A DNA stretch of 60,812 nucleotides, filler included, from Hausera hauseri (Eukaryota), in NCBI GenBank assembly GCA_046269625.1. It is 10 parts of 10 records of this genome, joined end to end, with 100 filler letters (N's around TTAATTAATTAA, not from the genome) between each part and the next. Parts side by side here need not be neighbours in the genome. Positions count along the whole stretch, not along the records: positions 52,219 to 56,602 come from JBJURY010607777.1; positions 56,703 to 60,812 come from JBJURY010755207.1; 8 more parts are not named here. The stretch is one strand, 5' to 3'. Each line of letters begins with the position of its first letter. Position 1 is the first letter of the stretch. The notes under the pieces were generated by a model that saw only the letters and a program-made list of their open reading frames with translations, was not told where the DNA came from and made no database searches. This document shows, piece after piece, positions 52,219 to 60,812 of the stretch. A program made the translations under genes and the position numbers.

Positions 52219-53480
52219 CCCAGGAGCATTTATTTGGTATTATATTTTGGCTTAATTGTATAACTTTTCCAGTGATTATTTTTATATCGTTTTGATCGTG
52301 AATATCTGTTACTAGGAGACACAAACACTTTTTAAGTTTTTCCACTAATATTTGCGCTAAATCTTATGAAGTAATGTTTTTATATGCTGGAATTTTCATC
52401 AGCTTTTTAATGTATTTTAATAATTCAATCACTCTGATTCTCCATTTCTGATTTAAGTTAACTTTTACCATGCCTCGATCAGTATCAAATATTTCTTTTA
52501 TTAAGCTTTTTACTTCTTTATATTCTTTATACAATTGTGGGACTTCACAGTCTTGAAGTTGTTTTGCATATTTTTGGGCTAAAATAATGGTTTTTGTTCG
52601 TTTTGTTTTAGTTGTGTTGTTTAGTTCTAATAAAGTGCATTTTGCAACATTTTCAACCATTTTTGCGTCATCATTACAAACTTCAGTAAAGTTGATATTT
52701 TCTAGTAATACCCGTACTGATTTAAAATCACATTCTTCTACATCTATAGCATATGTCATTTCAGGTAACATTCCTAAGTCAGTAATATAGTCGTCTAAAT
52801 TCAAGGACGGCCTCTTAAAAATATAATTTAACTCGTTTAATGGTTTGTCGATACTAGCTGTAATATGAATGTCTAAATATCTAACGGTTTCGTTTACAGA
52901 AAGCTTAACTTGTGGCATTATTAAGCTATTAAATTTTGGTACAATACTTACGTAGTCGATTTCAGGATTTACCGGCAACCTAATGTTTGCTCCTAATAAT
53001 TTTTGTAATACTTTAGGAGTTCCATTATATGGGTTTTCATCCGATCCTAATGGGGTCAACTTATGTGCAACTCTTTTTATTTCTTCAGCGTTTGGTTTTT
53101 TGCGAGATAAGTCCCTAGTAATGTTTCTAAGAAACTAGAATAATTCTTGAAAGCATCCATCTGCTTTTCTAAATTATTATCTGTACTCATTTGCTGTGAT
53201 TCTATTTTCTGAATGGCAGTATTTATTAATTCATCTCTTTGTGGCTTATATGCATCTTCGTCGGAGTCTGATGATATTACTACTGTATCTGATTTCTTTT
53301 CTTGTACCCCTTCCATGGGCATTGGTTTTGATGTGATAGTTTCCGATTCTACATCGGTTTTATCTAGATTAACACTACATAGCACATTATTTCTAATTTC
53401 ATTTACTGTTTTTAGGAGTTTTCACTTTATTAGAGTCACTAGCTCTATGCAAAAACATCTTAATCGTAAAACAGCAACAA
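52219..53480 (-). pseudogene. Unidentified protein-coding region, interrupted
   Basis: Consecutive ORFs 53077-53385, 52364-53059 and 52219-52345 (last two in the same frame, one stop); no motif recognised. Confidence 0.4.
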
Positions 53481-53499
53481 AAAATGAACGTGAAAAAAC

Positions 53500-54289
53500 G
53501 ATATAACAAGACTGCATAAGAGTCACAACGTTTATTCACATCAAAATTATCACCCGCTGAATCCACCGAGGCGTATGATACGTCCGTGGAGGTTTCGACG
53601 TACACAAATCGGAGTGTCATCCGAACTCGAGTCAGGCAGCGATGGTTTTGTGGATGTCATATCCAATCGGCGTCTGCGACGTGGCTTTGACGGAATCTTA
53701 GGGTTGGAAGTCCTTGGACGCGTTGGGATTAACCGGATCTCCGAGGGGCCGAGGATTCGTAAAGGCGATCGGTTGCCGCAATCAGTGTCAGGAACACCTG
53801 CAGGAAAACCGACAAGTCGAAGAGACGTCGGTTTCCCCCGTCCTGGTAAAACCGATGAGGCGTGATTGCCGGTAGAGAGTAAGGATCCTCTCGGTCCAGC
53901 CCGACCAAGTGTCGTACGAAGCGGCTGCTTTGCAGGAGCTCCCGTACCGTCAAAAAATCCGAGTAGGACCGGTACGGGACTCGCTTGTCTGTGTCGCGAT
54001 GGCGATTTCAGCGGTAGGCGGCGTCTCGCTGGATTTGGCGTGGTTGTTCTTCCGATCGGTTTTGTTCCCGTAAGGCGACGTGCCGGTCGGCGGTACTGCC
54101 TGGTTCGTCGTGTGTCGGTCGGGGTATCTTTGGAATGCGATACCCTGGAGTCGATGATGTCGTCGTGGCGTTTGCTCGAGTAGTAGCATCGGCCGGGATG
54201 GACTTTGAACCATGTTTGGCAATCGGTTCGCCTGGTTTCGCGGCTGTCGATATCTGTACCTGTTTGAATGTTTTTGTTGCTGCTGACAT
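53500..54289 (-). repeat. GC/CpG-rich orphan ORF repeat, homologous to 28895-29200
   Basis: MSAATKTF... start at 54289 leading to the RRLFDLSVFL..AATDRLYES block shared with contig 5; interrupted. Confidence 0.65.
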
Positions 54290-55539
54290 GTTTGAGTTTA
54301 TTTGCTTTTTCCTTTTAGTTTTGAAAAGTAATGTGCAATCTTTAATCTGTGAATTTAAACAAACGGATTAAATCCACAGATCTTAATTGTTAATTTTTAT
54401 TATTACAAGTGCTGGTTACTTCGGCACTTGTAATCCTGATTTATTTTGTGATTTTAATTTTAGTATTTCAATTTATAGGAATTTGAGAAAACAATTTTTG
54501 TTTAGTGAATCCGTGATTTATTTTGATTTTATTTTAAATTGTTATTTGAGATTCTGTTTTAGATAAAATTTCACGGGGAATAAATTTTTTTAAATTCGTG
54601 ATTTTATTTTCGAATATTGTTTTCTGAACAGGTCTGTGTTAAATTTTGAGATTTAAATTTTGAATTTTCTTAAAAATATAACTTTTAATATTTTGTAGGG
54701 TGGAACCTTAAAAGGCTCCCCTGCCTAAAAAATAAAATTAAAATAGCGATTTTAATTGTTTAAAAGTTTGCGTACATGTGCAAGGTCCATTTGCTTGAGT
54801 TTGGGAAATTGTAATTTAGATTTCAGTGTACGTAAGCAGGCATATTTTGTAAATCACCACAAAAATATCTTGAACATATTTAAAATTGTGATCAATTTAA
54901 TTTAGTTTTTCATGTTTTATATTTAAACTTAATTATTATTTCAGTAAAGGTTAATGTAAAACGAATTTAATAAAATATTGTTAACAAAAACAGTATAACA
55001 TAAAATACTACTTAACGAATTCATAATTAGCAATAAATAAATGGATATGTAAATTTAAATGTATTACATAAAACTTTTATGTGATTTAATTTCATATGTA
55101 TTGTACTTTTAAGCTACTCAATTATGGACGTTCTCAAAATCAAGCATATATTTGCAAAATGATTTGTTGAACGATATATTCAAATGCTTGTATTTTTGTA
55201 ACATCTAATTGTGTAAAAAATTAAAAGACGTGCTACGTATAGTTTGAAACACATAAGTGTATTTTCGATTGTGAGTCCACAATATTAGACCAAAACTTAT
55301 TTAACAAAGTTATTCTATACATTTAATTCGATATTACAAGTGTTTTAAGTACACCAAATAATAATGAAACTGACTTATGACATGGACATGTAGATATTTT
55401 AAGTTAAGTAGTAAATTGATATATCTATATATTGATGGAAAACCACGTATGACTGAAGGGCCGTAATAAGATTTTTGTATATAAATAATAAAATTGATAA
55501 AATTACAAATATTTGTTTGAATATTCAATTTTTTATTCC

Positions 55540-56443
55540 ATGGGCAGTAAGTTCAATCATGTTATTTTTTCCATTTTTATTGAAATTCAGAGCGATCAAA
55601 TTTCACAAATGTCAACAAATTCATGCGAAATGAAAACAAAACAAAGAAAAAAGCCGATAATGCTAAGGTAAAAACCGATAAAGTCATTATTGAAGCCCAT
55701 CGTCACGAAGGAGTATTTGTCTCCAAGGGTATAAATGATTATTTGCTAACACGCGTACTCGAGAAAGGAAAGAATCTGTACAATGACAAACGTATTGTAG
55801 TCGAGGACAAACAACAAAAACAAGTGGAATATTTCACATGGAATCCATTCAAATCGAAATTGGCTGCCGGCATTTTGGCTGGCGTCGACAAAACATTTAT
55901 CAAATTAAATTCGATAAGTTTATATCTCGGTGCACGGAATGCATCTAATTTATGTCACATCAGTGACGTTATCGGCCCATCGGGATGTTTATTTGCCGTC
56001 TCACCGGCAATGCGTGATGAAGTGATGCATTGCAGTAACCAACGTACGAACATTTTCCCCATTTCTGCACCGATAGCCAACGTTCAGTCGTACGCAATGC
56101 TGTTGCCGATGGTCGATGTCGTTATTTGTGATGTGTCGTCGTTTGATACGCCGTCAGTTGTTGCCGATGTTGCACGGCATTTCCTCAAGACAAACGGGCA
56201 TCTTGTGTTATTTATTGATGCTTCAAAGATAGACAAAGAGTCGGCGCCAGAGGCGGTATTTACCATGCAAGTAGAGTCGATGAAATCGAAGGAATTCACA
56301 CCAAAATCCCGAACGTTGTTGCAGCCGTATTACGAAAATTGTTGCATGGTTGTTTTTGCGTTTAGGTTTTGTTTTTTCTGTGAGTTCTTGATTGAATTTT
56401 GTTTAGGTCGACAAAACAGAAAAAACGGGCATGGAAAATATAA
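55540..56443 (+). CDS. FBL: Divergent fibrillarin paralogue; exons 55540-55546, 55591-56365, 56407-56443
   Basis: IEAHRHEGVF, WNPFKSKLAAGIL, LYLGA, HISDVIGP, RTNIFP, MVDVVICDV, PEAVF. Introns 55547-55590 (GTAAGT..TTCAG, 44 nt) and 56366-56406 (GT..TTTAG, 41 nt) give an in-frame MGKRSNF...FRSTKQKKRAWKI*. Confidence 0.88.
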
Positions 56444-56602
56444 TTGGGTTGATTTTATGTTTGTTGCTTTGTATGTTCGGTTTTTGTTTTGTTCTTGTTG
56501 CAGTATTGAATTTTTTTTTATGATTTTTGTCGTAGATTGATGGAAATTAATTTCTGAATATTGTTTTCAAAAATATGCGGGGATTTTTGAAGTAACCATA
56601 TG

Positions 56603-56702
56603 NNNNNNNNNNNNNNNNNNNNNNNNNNNNNNNNNNNNNNNNNNNNTTAATTAATTAANNNNNNNNNNNNNNNNNNNNNNNNNNNNNNNNNNNNNNNNNN
56701 NN
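56603..56702. other. Artificial contig spacer
   Basis: N-run with TTAATTAATTAA core. Confidence 0.97.
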
Positions 56703-57420
56703 GAAGGCTTCTGAAGGCCCATGGCGTTATCGTTGAAGAACCTTTGAATGATGGAGTCGATTGAAGGCTCAGTAAGCTTGAGAACAGCATTATAAAGTTG
56801 AGTATATGGGTGGCTTTGGATAGAGTCGACGACGTTTTGTGATTGGAGCCAGAATTGATGCAGTTCTAGCCAAGTTTGAGAAGAGTTTTGGCTGTCGAGG
56901 AAGTATTCCGTGCAGGTAAATGAGTGAGGAGTGTGTTGTGTTAAAGTGTTTGAAACACTTTGTTTGGGTAAGTGAGAGATCTGTGATTTGGTGGGTTTGT
57001 CCGTGGTATCAATAGTGGGTGATGAATCCATGCCACCACAGATATGGAAGTGAATGTGAAGGCACACGCAAGTTGTAGAAGGTTGGAGGAGTCCAGCGAA
57101 AGACACTACGGATCCATTGTGTGTGAGATAGAAGTCAGAGGAATGAAGTAAGGTAGAGGTGAAGTTGTGAACAGCCGCAATATGTAAGTGTAATACTGTA
57201 TATGTATAAATGTGTTTGTTATCTAAAAAAGGAAAATGAAGTACGGAGAGGTTGTATGTTCGAGGGCATGATGTAGGGCGGCAACGAAGGTGCTGTCCGA
57301 CCCAATGGTACAGGGTGGGCGGCCGGTACTTCAGTCCGGCCGCGGCGGGTCCCACATTTCGGGGTAACCAAAATCCCAACATGTAGCGTTTCCCCATCGA
57401 TTGCTCTGGTATTTATTATT
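56703..57420 (-). mobile_element. gag: 5' part of CsRn1-type Gypsy element (LTR end, PBS, UBL-gag start)
   Basis: AATAAA..GCTACA, PBS, then open frame LSVLHFPF..DFYLTHNG..LHIHFHICGG|MDSSPTIDTTDK..MGLQKP. Confidence 0.85.
57355..57370 (-). promoter_or_regulatory. tRNA-Trp primer-binding site
   Basis: TGGTTACCCCGAAATG vs TGGTGACCCCGACGTG expected from the tRNA-Trp 3' end (13/16), ~10 nt after a CTACA LTR-like end. Confidence 0.65.
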
Positions 57421-57849
57421 TCTACGTTGTGAGCACACGACGTATTGACATGTATTGATGAAATATGTTCTTACAGCATAAACAACGCGATTGTAAAGTT
57501 TGCTGCGTATCCCCGTACAGAGATCATTAGGTGACATCAGGATGAATATATTCCGCAAATTATTCCTCGACTCATGAGCGATAATATCTTTAAGGCAGTT
57601 GAGAAAAACTAATTCCTTGACAACGATGATATCTCGAAAATATTCCCAAATGTTTTTCATCGAATCTTTGTAGCGATTGCGACAACGTTTGTTTAATTGT
57701 TTAACTGGCGCAGGTACTTATCGACGTTTACTCGACCAAAACAATTTTTGTTTCGGCCTTTATTACCACTCGAATGTCAGCTACTTGTTTGGACGAGTCT
57801 GAACCGTATTGAACGGAGAAAATAAAATGACTTTGGTGGAGAATGATTT

Positions 57850-59351
<1,502 letters not shown>

Positions 59352-59507
59352 TTTGATTTTTTTAAAAGTGAAACAAAAGTTCAAATCACTTTTCCGCAGT
59401 CTCATATCAGAATCTTACCCATAAATGAATTTATTGTCAAAGTTTATCGTATCTAATCTCGGTGATAGAATATTCATGTATGAAACAATTTCCGTTAACA
59501 TCGGTCC

Positions 59508-59720
59508 TTCATCGTCCAATAGATTGGTTTCATAAGGATCCTTCATATGCATTTTTAGAAATGACTGTACAGTTTGCGGAAACGTAGCAGAGTAGAGCAT
59601 AATTTGACGATGATTTGGCAATTTACTTATTATGAAATTTAGAATGCTTTCAAAATCTGACGATAACAACTTATTAGCTTCATCAATTACTAGGATTTTA
59701 CAAAAATTCTTAGTAGTTAT
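59508..59720 (-). pseudogene. DDX6: DDX6 helicase fragment (motif II-III)
   Basis: LVIDEANKLLSSDF..I..LP..RQIMLYSATFPQTVQSF....DPYETNLL. Confidence 0.88.
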
Positions 59721-60219
59721 AAAATTCACAATGTTTGAAAAAAAATATTATCTTGGTGTGGCACGAAATAGTTTTAGATGTTTTCTGACACCAATTATTA
59801 TTTCCTTCATATTGATCTTTCAATGAACAATGAGTGAGAAAGGTCAAATTCCAGAATTCGTCGCGATAACGAAAATCATCGATCTTATCCAGCATTTCTT
59901 TTTGGCGATGAAGAAAAGCAAAAAACGCACCATTGAGTATAGAATGGAATAGATCTGCTAATTCCTTGTTCGGTGTTTCGTAATTGCCGCAATCTCTCCA
60001 AATCTTTCAGAACCAAAAAAAATCGATGTCGGTAATATAAACTATGATGTCTTCATGAATAATATCGTCGACTTTTAAACTCCCGATATTTATTAAAAAC
60101 GGAACAATATCCATTGATCCAGAGTAAAGTATATTACAAACAAGGGGCAAGCGAATGAAAAAATTTTTTTTAATTTGAGGGGCCAAAATACAAGCCTTCT
60201 TTTATAACTACTCATAGCA

Positions 60220-60343
60220 ACGGTGCCTAAATGCACCGTCCCCATGCACATGTGCCGGTCGATAATGCACAGAGTGCACTATCGATTAGCACATGTGTAC
60301 CATCGATTTTATCGACTACTTCCCGGCGGTGAGGGGGAAGGTA
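60220..60343. other. Cluster of four adjacent hairpins
   Basis: ACGGTGC/GCACCGT (60220-60239), a ~26-bp imperfect stem (60245-60299), TCGAT/ATCGA (60303-60315), CTTCCC/GGGAAG. Confidence 0.6.
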
Positions 60344-60812
60344 CATTCGCCCATACTGTCTCTACTTACTTCAAATTTTCACTCCGCACTTTAATATTAT
60401 AAACACAAAATTCTGATAACATTATCTACGTAAATTAACATTTTCACGATGGGAAGTTAGTCACTACAATGATAGTTCACTTCTCAGTGACTCGATGGTC
60501 TATGACTGAAGTCATCACATATTTTCATAAATTGGCATTGTAAGGAATATCCACTGAATTCAATAGATTTAAATATCTGGAAAACGTGTAGGAATAAGAA
60601 TATTTTAAAAATTTAGAAAATCAATATTATTCACACAAACGTTTGCAAAACGATAGTTTAAACTGTTGCTGTCAGCCAGAACACTTTATTGAACTTTTTC
60701 AATATTCAAAATGTTGTAAAATTCAACTTATAGAACAAGCGTTTTTGATAAAATGAAACCAGACTGTTGTAGAATTTGAAGTGTATTGAATAAATTAAAT
60801 AATTGAGGTGCA

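Noticed and set aside
56366-56540. Hydrophobic C-terminal extension (membrane anchor) on fibrillarin
   Set aside because: Read-through of a 41-nt intron and T-rich 3' UTR; splicing gives a normal short basic tail ending at 56443.

Overview
Eukaryotic (invertebrate-like) sequence, not one locus. Ten unrelated contigs are joined by nine artificial 100-nt spacers (44 N + TTAATTAATTAA + 44 N), so adjacency across spacers means nothing. Contig 1 has LINE/SINE remnants and one intact exon of a leucine-rich-repeat protein. Contig 3 is a degenerate (TCTCTA)n satellite. Contigs 2, 5, 6, 7, 8 and 10 carry decayed CsRn1-type Ty3/Gypsy LTR retrotransposons (CHCC knuckles, tRNA-Trp-like PBS, AAAAAAC gag/pol junction). 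In all five copies where the 5' end is visible, Gag is preceded in frame by a ~72-aa ubiquitin-like domain; four end in Gly-Gly and one has decayed to Ser-Ser. These copies are often flanked by fragments of host genes (HSP110, myotubularin, FIG4, DDX6, ZFR, plastin-like). Contig 4 is a large decayed Gypsy element with an unusual layout: chuvirus-like glycoprotein and PTAP/LYPx3L late-domain motifs upstream of pol, a Pol-fused FN3-like type I membrane protein, and a REX4/ISG20-like exonuclease lacking catalytic residues. Contig 9 has an intact three-exon fibrillarin paralogue (44- and 41-nt introns) lacking the GAR domain and most SAM-binding/catalytic residues. All homology calls are by-eye motif recognition; no database search was run.
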